A DNA stretch of 64,000 bases from contig NC_087437.1 in assembly GCF_036321535.1 (NCBI RefSeq), positions 76,262,001 through 76,326,000 on the forward strand. The letters run 5' to 3'. This document shows positions 46,700 through 58,699 of this stretch, in pieces. Source of the stretch: Camelus dromedarius. Its lineage: Eukaryota. Numbering within the stretch: position 1 is the stretch's first letter; each line of letters starts with the position of its first letter. Under the pieces are notes generated by a model. That model had not been told where the DNA came from, did no database searches, and saw nothing but the letters and a program-made list of their open reading frames with translations. Both the position numbers and the translations under genes were made by a program.

Positions 46700-47720
46700 T
46701 GCCAGCTCAGTGCCGGCAGAGAGGAAATCGCCTCGGAATCTCTGGAGGTGGCCTCCTAGAAAGATCGCGGGGAGGGGAGGAGCCCTGATTGTCCTGGAAG
46801 AAAAGCATGGCCCCATCCGGGAAGTCTCCGCTTGCCGGGAGGCTGGGGTGGGCGGCTTTAGGTGCTGGAGGTGGCAGACACGGGAGCGGCCAACCTCAGA
46901 GCTGGGGTCCGCGCCGCTGTAGGGGGCTCAGTGTGTGCAAGTGAAAGACGCACAGTCGGACGGACACGCGTGGACGCCGGCCTCGCCCCACCACGCGTGT
47001 GGACGGGGCTGAAACTGACCAGGGGCCATTCTTGCCTTGCGGCGCAGTGGCCGCCCGAGATCTGCTCCTGCACCGACGGGCGCCGCTGGGGGCCGGGAGC
47101 CCTGGGCCTCGCGGGGCGCGGCAGGCCCTCCCCTCCGGAGCCCGCGCTTCCGCCCGAGACCCAGCGGCGGCCGTGACCGTGGCTGTGCCGCGCCTTCCGC
47201 CTGCGCTAGTAGCTGCCGCCGCCCGCCAGCGCCCCTGCGCACCGCACCCAAAGGCCGCGGGAAAGGGGAACACCCGAGCCCCGGGTCCTCCGCCACGCGC
47301 AGGAGACCCTCCTTCAACTAGACCCTGGGAGGGCTCAGCCAGTCGGGCGTTCCTCTCCCGCCAGGGATGGGCCAGTCGGCACCTGCGGCCGCTCAGGAGC
47401 GGGGAATTGGCGGGGACTTGGCGGGGCCATGGTCGGCGGCGGCAGCCACGGCGAGCTGGGAGGGAAAACGGAGCCAGCGGAGCTTCCTTCCCCTCCCAGA
47501 CTCGCAGCGACACTGGAGGGCCCGACCCCCACCGCGGACCGGTGGGAACCTCGAAGAGGACCAACTGGACCCCGGATCTCCAGCAGCCACTGGCAGACTA
47601 GGGGTGCCAGTACTATCGCTGTGAGCGTGTAGTAGGACTTTTCCGTTGTCGTCCTCTAGATCCTCCGCCGGGAGTGTCTTCCCGCTTAAACAAAGTCTGG
47701 TGTGGAAGACGATTCTCCTC
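46700..47720. promoter_or_regulatory. CpG island / promoter (main block)
   Basis: Abrupt switch to very high GC with dense CpG. Contains GC boxes (47399-47431), ATTGG (47406-47410), ETS-like GGCGGAAG on the minus strand (47147-47154, 47194-47201) and an NRF1-like GCGCAGGCG. Confidence 0.93.
47020..47200 (-). other. Candidate first exon A of an unidentified minus-strand gene (5' end uncertain)
   Basis: Ends ...GGCAAGA ATG GCC CCT G|GTCAGT, with the ATG at 47029 (A at -3, G at +4) and the donor GT at 47019-47018. It lies downstream of the GC-box cluster. Confidence 0.5.
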
Positions 47721-48349
47721 CCTCTTCCTTCCTCCCCCTTCCCCCACTCACCTTCGTTCATCTTTCTCTTGCCTCCTTCCCGAAAGGGCCAAGGCAAATA
47801 TGGACACGAGCGAACAAGTTAGGATACTACAAAGTGTGTGTGTGTGTGTGTTTAGAAGAGAAGTGGTAGTGGGTAGAATATAATGAAAATAAAATTAGTA
47901 ATATCTGAGTATATAGTATTAACACGCCCCACCCTGCCGGCAGTCTTTGCTGTGTCCAAGTGGAGGCAAATTTTACACGCTCGGTCCTAGGAGAAAATAG
48001 CCTGGGGTATCCGGGAGCTTTCTTCTCAGTGTTTATTGTACTTTACTGAATGAAACATGTTCATAGTCACCAGAGGGACCACAGAAGTAGCATGCTGTTG
48101 GGAAGCCATTCCTGGACACAACTAGGGCAGCTTCTCAGGGAAGGTGGCCTTTGTCACCTTTGCAGCAGGTCACTGGCCTCTGCACAAAGTGTAACAGGAG
48201 GGAACAGGTGCTTGAGAAAACACCATACTATACTCTAATGAATGACCCCATCCCGACTAAGGGCAAACGCTTTTCATAAGGATGAGGTAGACTGATGAAT
48301 AGGAGGGTGAAAAACAAACTGAACCTTGGGTGTATCCTGGACTACTCCC

Positions 48350-49290
48350 CGCCCCCCCCCCGCCCCCAAGCCCCCACAGGGACAGTTTCCTCTTCACAAT
48401 CCAGCATCCTCTCCCACAGTTGTGAACACCTGCATTAAAACGCAGCAATCGGAGGAGAGTGTCTGCGGAAAGCAGGCTCCCTGATAGTCCTCTCGGTACT
48501 GCGTAGTCATGGAATATTCTTTTAATCAAGAGGCCCTTCTAGTTGATTCTAACCGGGCTCGGGTATTTTTCCCCTCACCACCGATAGGGGGCGGCAGATG
48601 CCCTGCGATGCCCCGGCGACGTGCAGGAAGAACGTCCTGCTGTCTCTGGGAATCCAGCTTCATTGAACGTGTGGGGTTGAAGGCAGGACCTATTGCCTCT
48701 ACGGCCATCACAGCAGCTCCGGGCCTCAGATCCTAGGCGCCTCCTCGGGACCCTCGGGATTTCCCTGTGCGAGGAGTGGGCGAAGCCATCTGTGCACCAA
48801 GCAGCGCCTGTAAACTTAGCGTACCGCATAAATAAATACACTCAAATGTATGCAGATGTTATGATTAATAGGATATATAGGCGTTTGAAAGTGTTTCAGA
48901 ATCTTCTGAAGCTTTTGATCTCGTTTTAAGTTCTCTCCGTAAGCAGAATTTTAAAGTGCGGCTGCTACACATTCTGGGTGGTGGTGGTGGTAGGGTCTGC
49001 TAAATTATTTTTAATTTTAAAAGGGTTTCTCTCAGAAGTTGGGAACTACTGTTGAGGCATAATGTCGTCAGGTTGCTGTGGTAAAGATTCCGAGGCATCT
49101 AGGAAAGGAAACTGGGAGGACTCCGCGGGTTTGGCCAGGGTGTGTGCCTGCGAGCGCGGCGAGGCGTCTGCTGCCCAGCCCTGTTCCGAGAGCGCGGAGC
49201 TGTGGCCGCGCGGATTGGTCCACCTCCAGAGAGATTCGCAATCCGCCGGATTTTCCCGAAAACATACCTCACTCGGTAGCTCCCCTCCAG
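48350..49290. promoter_or_regulatory. Second, weaker CpG-rich block (alternative promoter candidate)
   Basis: CpG clusters at ~48450-48830 and ~49090-49280, GC box CCCCGCCCCC (~48347-48368), ATTGG at 49214-49218 and CTCF-like CCGATAGGGGGCG at 48581-48593. Confidence 0.7.
48579..48790 (-). other. Candidate alternative first exon B (5' end uncertain)
   Basis: GTG ATG G at 48708 opens 43 codons plus 1 nt to ...ATCGGTG|GTGAGG (donor GT at 48578-48577). Confidence 0.4.
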
Positions 49291-51382
49291 TCCCTGAGTT
49301 TTCAGAATTGTCAGAGGCATTGTGTATCTTCTTTAAAGCCATATTTCCTCAGAAATGAGCACCTTTTTTTCTAAATTGAAAAATGCATTGTGGAGCAGTA
49401 ATTTTCTTTCGAAGGAAAGAAAAATCCAAAAATATGTTTTGAAAAACTTATAGAGACTGGCTATTACAGTCATCTCTAAACAGCCCTTGACAAGTGATGG
49501 CTTCTAGGCTTTCCAAATGAAAGCGTATATAATAGTAGAAAGGTTGTGCCCTTACTCCATAAAACTCATGCACGGTTAAAAACCCTGATTAATCCCTAAT
49601 ATACCTTCAGAAGGTAGGGGAAATTACAGTTTTCAATTGTAGAATTTATCACAACGTGACGCTAAGGTGTTTTAATTTTATTACAATTATGAACAAAACA
49701 TATTGGTGATACCTACTTTTGGTATACTTTTCTGATGCTATAACAGATTCTAGAAATGCAGCAATAATTACTAAAAAAGGGAAGACTTTCAACAGCACAC
49801 TTGTCAGAAATTTCACTAACATGGAAAGTCCATATCGTAAGAGTATAGAATCTTCCCAAAATAATGATGGGTACTAATTAAGGTACTGTAAAATTTGTAA
49901 GAAAATGTTAAATTTGTATTTGAGAGGAATGAAGAAGAATTAAGAAGAGGAGAAGGAAAGGAGTAACTTGTCCATGTTGGGGAGAAAAAAGGAAATTGGG
50001 GTGGAGGATTTCCAAATGGGGTTCAAAATCCTAAGACAAACTAGAGGCCCAGATACTCCTGTGGATAGTCAGTCCTACAGGTGTTGAACTAGGGGATCCT
50101 GCTCACCCTGGCGTCTGAGAACACAGATAGTTGTGTCCCAAGATAACCCTGAACAATTTTTAATTTGCCAAGGGCCAACACTATTTACCTTCAAATATAT
50201 GTATTAAACAATTGCACACTGAGCATGGAAATACGTTTTCTTCCATATTTTAAAGTTGGCAAAAAATTGCACCAAGGACTAATCACAAAAGGTTTTCTTT
50301 AAAAAAAATTTTTTTTTTGCCAAAATTGACAATACTATGAAATATTAGCACTGTCAACTTTTAAAACAGTGTATTGATGTGTAACACAACTTGGCTTATT
50401 TGCTCTATAGTGATGGCTATCATTCTGTATGCCATACAGCAAATGTACGAGGAGTTGGCATTAGTTCTGTTTCACAGGTAAGGAAACAGGTTCAAAGAGT
50501 TGAAGCTATTTGTTTAAATTCACACAACTATTAACTAGAAAGTCATTCTAATTCTAGAGCCTAGGCTTTTTCACACTATCTTGCTGCAAACCCTAAACCT
50601 ACAGTGTATCCCTAAAGGGACGTAAACTCCAGACTCTCAGATGTCTGGTGACTGAGCAAAAATGGGCGAATTCATTACTATCACAATCTCAGTGACCAAA
50701 AACCCAATACTAAATTAAAAACAAAACACCCTACATGCTACATTTCACCCTCCAGATCTTTTGTGGAGGTAATAATGGACAGGGAGGAGTCCACAACCTG
50801 TTTGAAAATTTCAAAAATCTAAACAGCAATTTCATGATTACTATAGGTAGAATAACTAAAATTCCACTGTTTTTGCTTTGCCTGATATTACATGAACCAG
50901 AGAATCCATGTAAATTTCCATGGCTGTATCCAAACAAATTTCCTATTTATTTTTCAATCTAAAAGAGGAAAATGAATTAACTGCCACTTTAAAAATGTAG
51001 TTTGTTTGCTAGACAGTATCTTTAATTACATAAGGTTCATGGAGGGTTGTAAGTTACAATAAATATTAAAAAGGAGACTTTGAACATGAAAAGGAACCAC
51101 TGATATATTCATATAATGGTTATTCTGTATTAATTATTATTTCTGCCACTTAATAGTAGGTCTCTGATTATGAAGGGATTTTGCTGAATTGGGGAATTTT
51201 ATATTGCATTTCCACAAGTACGATGCATTGATAAGTAAAGAACACTAAAGTAAATTGGTCATATGTAAGTAATGAACATCATTCATTTGGGGCCTTAAAA
51301 GATTTCCAGGGAAGAGTATGTTTGGATTGGTCCCACGGAACAGTTTCCCTAGCTCCTCCTGATTGCTCCCTTTTCTCTAGTC

Positions 51383-52742
51383 CAATAATTCTTAAATATT
51401 TTGATCTCTGGGCCCCCCAAAACTTTTGTTTATGTGGGTTGCATCTGTTGATACTCATATTAGAAATTAAAATCGGAGAAATGTTTAAAATATTTGTTAA
51501 CTTATAATAATAATCAGCCCATTTCATATTAACATATTTTTAATAAAAAATAGCAGAATTTTCCAAAACAAAGCAAAATTAAGAAAAATGTTTGCATTTT
51601 GTAAAGCTCTTTAGTATCTACCTGGATTTGATATTTAGTTGAATCTTCTTACATTTGTTTCTGCAGTCCATCTATTGTGATACTGCATATAGTTTGAAGT
51701 ATATGAAGAAAATCTGGCTTTTAAGAGATATATAGTTGGAAAAAGGAGAAATATTTTAATAGCTTTTTCAGATAATTTTGGATATTCTTTACTACTACTC
51801 CAAAATTCTTCATGTGGTATTTTTTGAAAAGTTAGCTACAGTGTGGAATAAAAATCCGTATCAATAAACTTTTCATACTCTGAGGCATGGAAACTTATTA
51901 GTCTCTTGAATGGACCTTTACTCATGCATGATTTGTAATGTTATACACTGGTCACTTGGAGACTGTTGGTTCACTGAATTATGCAGATCTTCCAAACGTT
52001 GACTCGTTTTGTCATACGATATCAAAAATACCATATTCCTGAATTTTATCATTGTTTTCATCAGGAAACATTTTACATATTAGGATACAAGTACTCCAAA
52101 ATTCTAATTTTTGTTTGAAAGTTCAAATTTTATCATTGGCAAGAAATACTGTTGGTTGTTTTCCTTAAAGGACAGGCTCACTTTGTTTATTTCTGAGAAA
52201 ATATCTGCCAGATAGTCAAGTCTGAATAACCATAGTTCGTTCGTCTGTCAGTTGTTCTTTCAAACAAAAATGCTACTTCATGAAAAAAGTCGCTAGTTCA
52301 ATTTGAAACTCAGTTGCACCAGTGCTTTTCCTCAAGATAATCATTGTACTTCTGTACATAGAAGTACGTGTATCCCGCCCATTTAGTCCCTCAGATTATA
52401 AAGACATGCTTGGAAAGGTCAAGATTTAATAAAATTAATAATTTCCACTGCTTTCTCAGACATTCTTAAGTGAAAATGAGTTTCTTCTTCTTTGTCTTCT
52501 TCTTTTGACTGCCGGTGTGTGGTGGTGAAGAAATTCAGTGACTGTTAGTACAGCTTGATGCTACCACCTTGCTTGGTGCTGAAGCAATCAGAGTTTTACC
52601 CACCATCAGTGAAAATACCAACCCCCTGAAAAAGGTAAAGAACATCTTAATATTATTATAAAACTAGTTTTAATCTCACAGAACCCGCGAAAGAATCTTG
52701 GGGACCCTGAGGGTTCTGCGGACCCCACTTGGAGAGCCACTG
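51383..52742 (-). mobile_element. Charlie1a-like hAT DNA transposon, near complete
   Basis: Minus strand starts CAGTGGCTCTCCAAGTGGGGTCCGCAGAACCCTCAGGGTCCCCAAG like Charlie1. 8-bp TSD CTCTAGTC/CTCTTGTC (7 of 8 match). Confidence 0.9.
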
Positions 52743-53806
52743 CTCTTGTCTTAAGATCAGTTTTTATTTGGATCACTCTTGCAACTTTACTATATGCTGC
52801 CTTAGGTTATAAATTATCTTCTGCTGTTTACAAACCTAATCTCCCTGATTAGGAGCTGTATCATTTATGTAGTTGTATCCTGATGACTGTTGAAGTACCT
52901 GGCACTCAGTACAACTAAAGTTTGTTGATGTTTGATTGACTGACATATTGGAATTAGTGATTCTTGTACACTCTTATTATGTACCCTGTCCTAGTTAGTT
53001 TTGCTTTTTACTTATGTTACCAAGTGAGGACTATGGTTTGGGGGAATACATTTATTCAGAGAAAGGAAAGCAGCATTTGTCATGATGTGTTACCATTTTT
53101 CCAAACAAGTAGCATCTTTGGCAGCCGCGTTCATGTATGTGTTCTATTTTAGCTATTCCACTGCTAGTGCTCAGGTCATGATTTCACATATCCAGTACAT
53201 AAGAATTCAAGTCCAGTTTGATGCATTTAAAATATTGTAGTCACTAGCACCACCAGGGGAATGGCTTCCAACAGTAAAGGGCTTGTCCAATTTGTATGAA
53301 CAAGCTGAAAAGCGCAGCCCAGCTTTGGACAGTTCATTAGTTCCATTCCTTTGGGTCATGCAAGACTTCTTAAATATGGGAGGAAGTTCTGTTGCCTGAG
53401 CAGTCACAAATCTATCTACTGTAAATAGCCTAATGCCTGTGTTTTGCATCTCTTCACACCTTCAGTCTTTACTATTAGAAATTGTATGGTGGTAGAATCA
53501 TCCCTAAGTCCAACAAAGGGAAGTGAAATTGTGTAAGGAATTTATTGCTGGAAGCAATACCTCATTTTCAGTATGGGATATTACTTCTTTTTTTTTGTAG
53601 ATAGATTTGCTAAGAATAACTCATCATGTGTGTTATTCAGTGATATTAAAGAGAGGCCAAGAAAGTAGGTAAGGATCCACAATTTACATTTCTTTTAACA
53701 TGGTTAAGATTTAGATTTGAACTTGCTGACTAGTAGGTATAGTCATATAAAGTTCCCCCATAAAGTAGCATGTCCAATGTCAATACATCACTAGTAATCA
53801 CTTCCA

Positions 53807-54287
53807 GGAGAGCTATCCAAAAAGGTAGCCTCTAGCCACACATGAAATGTGGCTGGTGTAATGAGGATCTTGATTTTTAATTTTATTTAATTTTAATTCA
53901 CTTAAATTCAAATTTGAAAACAGATTCTCAATTCAATTGTGCAAAAATTTAGTTATGTTTGGAAAAATTTAGGTATGCTAACCTACTCTTTTAGCAGTAC
54001 ATTTTATGAAACCTAAACTACTTCTAGTGAAAATTTAGCAAGTAAATTAGATATGCTGCAAATGTAAAATTCACATCAGGTTTCAGTGACTTAATAAATT
54101 AAAAGGGGTAAAATAGCTCAATAATTTTTTATACTGATTACATGTTAAAAAGATAATATTTGGGTCAAGTAAAATATATTTTTAAAACTTATTTTACTCA
54201 TTTCCATGTATATTTATATATTAATGCAGCTCCCAGATAATTTAAAATTACTTAATGCGCCTCTTAACTTTCTAGTGAATAGTGCTG
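53807..54287. mobile_element. MER33/Charlie5-like hAT element
   Basis: GTAGCCTCTAGCCACA...GAAATGTGGCTGGTG...TATACTGATTACATGTT...AATAGTGCTG. Confidence 0.75.
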
Positions 54288-54522
54288 TTATAGGTCACTT
54301 TCCTTCCATCTATGTGAATAAGAAGGCAAATGAAAAAAATTTTTGTCTAAATTCCATCCTCATTATGTGAGATATAGTTTTGCTCAAAGCAATTGTTATC
54401 TAAACTTTTCATTATGCATCTGATCAGCATACTTTAAAGGCTTCTACACTAATCAGTATTGTTTTAAAATTCTGTGTTATGCGGTGCCAGATCTACTTTG
54501 TGTCCAATTTGCATTCCAGGAA

Positions 54523-54752
54523 TTTTTTTTTTTAACTTTAATTTTTAGAACAGTTTTAGGTTCACAGAGAAACTGAGCAGAAAGTACAGAGAGTTCCCAT
54601 ATACTCCCTGCCCCCCACCACACACATAGCTTCCCCACTATCAACATCTTGCATTTGTTACAATCATTGAACCTACTTTGATACATCTTATTACCCAAAG
54701 TCCATAGTTTACAGTGGGAGTTTATTCTTGGTGATGTGTATTCTATGGGTAT
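54523..54752 (-). mobile_element. L1MC1-type 3' end
   Basis: Poly-T then TTTTAGAACAGTTTTAGGTTCACAG...AAGTACAGAGAGTTCCCATATAC. Confidence 0.85.
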
Positions 54753-54829
54753 TTACATATGATGTTTCTGTGTTCCCATTAGAACTTGATTTTAAAATGG
54801 AATTGAAATAAGAGTTTTTAATGGTTTTA

Positions 54830-56010
54830 AAACAACTTTTTTTCCAAATTAAAATGTAGTATTGTAGAAAGGTAAAAAATACAAACAAGTATTTTAAAAA
54901 AGAAAATAAATTAACGATAATCTTACCAGAAGAAAAATCAATTAACAATGTGTTTTCAAACTTTTCTCTCTGTGTATATAAGTATACATTATGATTATTC
55001 TGTAATCTAGCTTAATAACTCTCGTTAATCACTTCATAAATACTTGGGCATTTTCCAATGCAATTTTTGAATAATTATTGAATAAATAACTGAATAGTAT
55101 TAATTATATGTAGGTATCCTTATTTATTTTATCAGTCCCTACTGTGATTATTCTTATATATAAATTTGTTTTAGATCTTGATTATTCTCTTTGGACATGC
55201 AGAACTATGGCCTAAGGATTTGCTAGGTCATAGAGTAAGAGCATTAAGACTTTGGAAATACAGTGTCAAACTATCATCCAGAAAAGGTTATATGTGAGAG
55301 TGCCATTTTTGCAACACCCTTATGAAATCAGATCTTACAATTTTAAAAATATTTATTCATTTTAGAGGCAAAAACTTGCTATTTCAATTTGAATTACTGA
55401 GATTAAACATTTAAAATTGTATATTGAACAAGAATGTTTCTTTTGAATTGTATATTCATGACTTTTGCTCATTTTTTGCTGTATAGGTATTTATCTTACT
55501 TGTAAGGTATCTTTAGATATAAAGATACTCAACTTTTATGTGCCATTAATGTTGAAAATTATTTATACAAGTTTACTGTTTATTGTTTAATTATATTTAT
55601 GATGTTTTTAACAGAGATGCTTTACATTTTTCTTAACCCACATATCAATCTCTTTTCTCCTTATCTACATTATAATCCAATAAATATTCACTTGTACTTT
55701 TAAATAGACCTTTACTTAAAAATATAGTTCATTCTACTTTGTTTGGGTTTTATTTTGGTGTATTATGAGGTAGGAGATCTAATTTTATTTTATTGTTTTT
55801 TCAAATAGTTAGCCAGTTAACTGTTCTATCATCATTTATTAAATAAGCAATCTTCCCCACTTTAAAAAAATGATAGTTTAACACATGTTAAATTCTTATC
55901 TATATTACCATCCATTTCTTCTCCATTCATCTGTTCTTCTTTTCACATTGAGATTTTAATTTACACAATTTTAAATTAATCTGGGGGAACTGACATCTTT
56001 ATAACTGTCG
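54830..56010 (-). mobile_element. Highly decayed L1ME-type fragment
   Basis: GATTTGCTAGGTCATAGAGTAAGAGCAT...ATGTGAGAGTGCCATTTT...GAGGTAGGAGATCTAATTTT...TGGGGGAACTGACATCTTTA. Confidence 0.7.
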
Positions 56011-56315
56011 GATTACTTTAGGAATTAAAAATAAGAGGAGGTTTTGTGTATGTGTCCTTTCCAATTGGTCTGTGTAATTTGTGCCTTGTAGAACACTTGT
56101 GACATTTCACAGTAATTGTACTAAAAAAAAAAAACCACAAAACAACCTTGATTTGGAAAAGTACTTGATGCATTGTCTGATAATGGGGAATGGATTTTGA
56201 ATAAAGGGAAAGCAGAAAGAGGGTACTGTGTACATAGCTAATAGGACATAAAAGAAATTGGCAACTTATAATGGACTTTCTAGGTGAAGGAAACATAAAC
56301 CAAAGAAGAGAGGAG

Positions 56316-56568
56316 AATGGGGAGAGGGATGGGAAGGGACAGACTGGGAATTCGAAATTTGTAGATACTGACAGGCATATGTAGAATAGATAAACAAGAT
56401 TATATTGTATAACACAGAGAAATATATACAAGATCTTGTGGTAGCTCATGGTGAAAAAGAATGCAACAATGAATGTATGTATGTTCATGTATAAATGAAA
56501 ATTTGTGCTCTAGTCTGGAAATTGACACAACATTGTAAACTGACTATAACCCAATTAAAAAAAAAAAC
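56316..56568 (+). mobile_element. Camelid-type L1 3' stub
   Basis: GGGAAGGGACAGACTGGGAATTCGAAATTTGTAGATACTGACAGG...GAAATTGACACAACATTGTAAACTGACTATAAC plus poly-A. TSD AGAAGAGAGGAG at 56304-56315 and 56569-56580. Confidence 0.9.
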
Positions 56569-58699
56569 AGAAGAGAGGAGGAAGATGGGAAAAAAGGAGG
56601 GAAAAGTATAAGCAAAGGGAAAAGTAATTTTAATAATAATAGTAATAAAAATTAGATCAAGAGCAGGTTATAAAAAAGAGTTCTGGATTTGTAAAAGAAA
56701 AAGAAAGCAGAGAGAGAGAAGGAAGGAGAGGGAGAGAGAGAGAGAGTAAAAAAGTTGGCATGGAACTGCTGATAATTTTTATGTTAACCCATAACTGAAG
56801 GAGGAGCTAGAATGTAAGGGAGAAGAGAGCTTCTATTTTAGAAGCCTCGATTTAAAGACTTTTTTTTGTAAAATGTACAAACTGTTTTGGAATTTTTTTA
56901 ATGTATACCTAGATGTTTATATATATTTTATTATTTGGTTGCAGAAAATATCTTAGAGCTTGTTCTTCATGCTTTTTAATACCTAAAAATCCCTGGTCTT
57001 ATTAAAGTTGTTTTTATTTGATTGATAATAGTGTCTTCCATTTACTATTTCTGGGCAGCTTTTCACTGTAGTACTTAGTTGTTTGAGGGAAAAAGATAAT
57101 AAGGTAAAAAGATACACGGAGATAGGTTACTAATATTTAGATATATTGGGAAAATAGCTTGAACAGGATAATTCACAGCTGTGTGTAAAGATAGTTAAGT
57201 ACAGAGTTTGGATTTAAGTAAGGAAACCCAGTGAGACTGCAGTTGCAGATTCCCACGTTTCTTCCTGAAGGTGGCAGTATTTCAGTGACTAAAACAGTGA
57301 CGACAATCCAAATAAGTGTACCAAGAGCTCTCAGAGATCTATGAAGGTGTCATTTTGTGACTGGAAGTCCCTTCAGCGAGACTTTTCTCTTTCTTGGTTT
57401 GAATCATATGCCTGTGGGGACACATGCTGCCTGTCTGCTAAGCAATGACTCCTTAGGATGAGGACTCTGTAGAGTAAGGTAGCATTTTAGTTGCTCAGAT
57501 ACTGAAGAAAACATTTTGTTGGCATTTGAAAGAGAGAGAAAGAGGGAGAGGAAGAGAGGGAGGATAGAATTACGTTATCAAATTTAGAATTTAGTGCAAA
57601 GTAGAATATGTAAAGAGACAAGAAACAGGATGATGTGTTTTATGACTCAGCTATCATCTTTAATGGATAAGTAGCCGTTTAATCCACACTGTAATTTTTC
57701 TTAAGAGACAAGCAAAATTTTCCAAGTGTTTGGTAGATAAAATGACTATACAAACACAACTTTATTTCTGTCAGTAGTTAACACGTTGCCAAAAGAATTA
57801 AGAACATTAATGAATTTTGGAACAAATTTATGCTAACAAGCAAAAGAAAATGAGTTTTACATTTTGAGCAGCATATTCTAAGAGGGGAACATGTACGTAT
57901 CTATGTGTATATGTTTTAATTAACATATGGAGAAGTAAATACACATAAGCAACAAAAGTCAATACAGATGAGCAAAACTAATCTAAAGTGTGTCAAACTC
58001 ATAGTACTATTTAATTTTATTATGATATTTTAAATAATAAACATTAACAGTATTGATTAAGGTTCGAGGGTTAATTCATCATTTATTTTGATTGGTCAAG
58101 GCCCCATTAAACTGAACATGGAATGGCTGATTTGTAGTCTCATCTGATACTTAAATATCTGGATTGTGGTTCTTAAAAAGAAATTTGAAATGACAAAACC
58201 CGAAGTGATGCTTGGAATGTAGTCCTCTGAAAATTGTCATCAGGAATGGAGCTGATTCTGGAGTAACCAGCAGGATGATGTTTTATTCAGGTTACGATAT
58301 ATTAAAAAATTCTCTTGAAGGTAAAATATTTCTCCTTTAGACTTTTCATCAATTCAATGTCAAAATATACCTCAGTAGAATTGTCAATATGTGTATGTAT
58401 AATTATGCCAATTTTAACTTCCCTCTTCTTTCAGTCCCAGCTATATAAATTATGCCAATTTATGTTGACATTCCATTTATGACCATAGTCCCACAAACTT
58501 TTTCGAGATCTCAGTTTCTACATTTATAGACACCTTGGGCATATTCTCTCATACATCCCGATCTCTAGTGAATTAATTCTCTTTTCTTGAATCATAGGTA
58601 TTTACTGGACTCTATTTTTTCTCTCTTCTTTTCTTCCCTACACTATCATTATCTACTAGATTGATGCCCACTTTTAAAATCAGGAACTACCTTATTCGG

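Noticed and set aside
47429..47626. Plus-strand first exon MVGGGSHG...TIA with donor CT|GTGAGC at 47621
   Set aside because: The donor is only moderate, the ATG sits inside the GC-box array, and no convincing plus-strand downstream exon was found. It cannot be fully excluded.
46680..47883. Many overlapping 60-222 aa ORFs on both strands in the CpG island
   Set aside because: Stop codons are rare in GC-rich DNA. The peptides are low-complexity R/P/G/A with no recognisable homology.
46700..49290. Assigning a gene name (e.g. FUT8, GNG12, ACSL4, which have long first introns)
   Set aside because: The 5'-UTR exon sequences I recall for these genes are not in the window, so no symbol can be supported.
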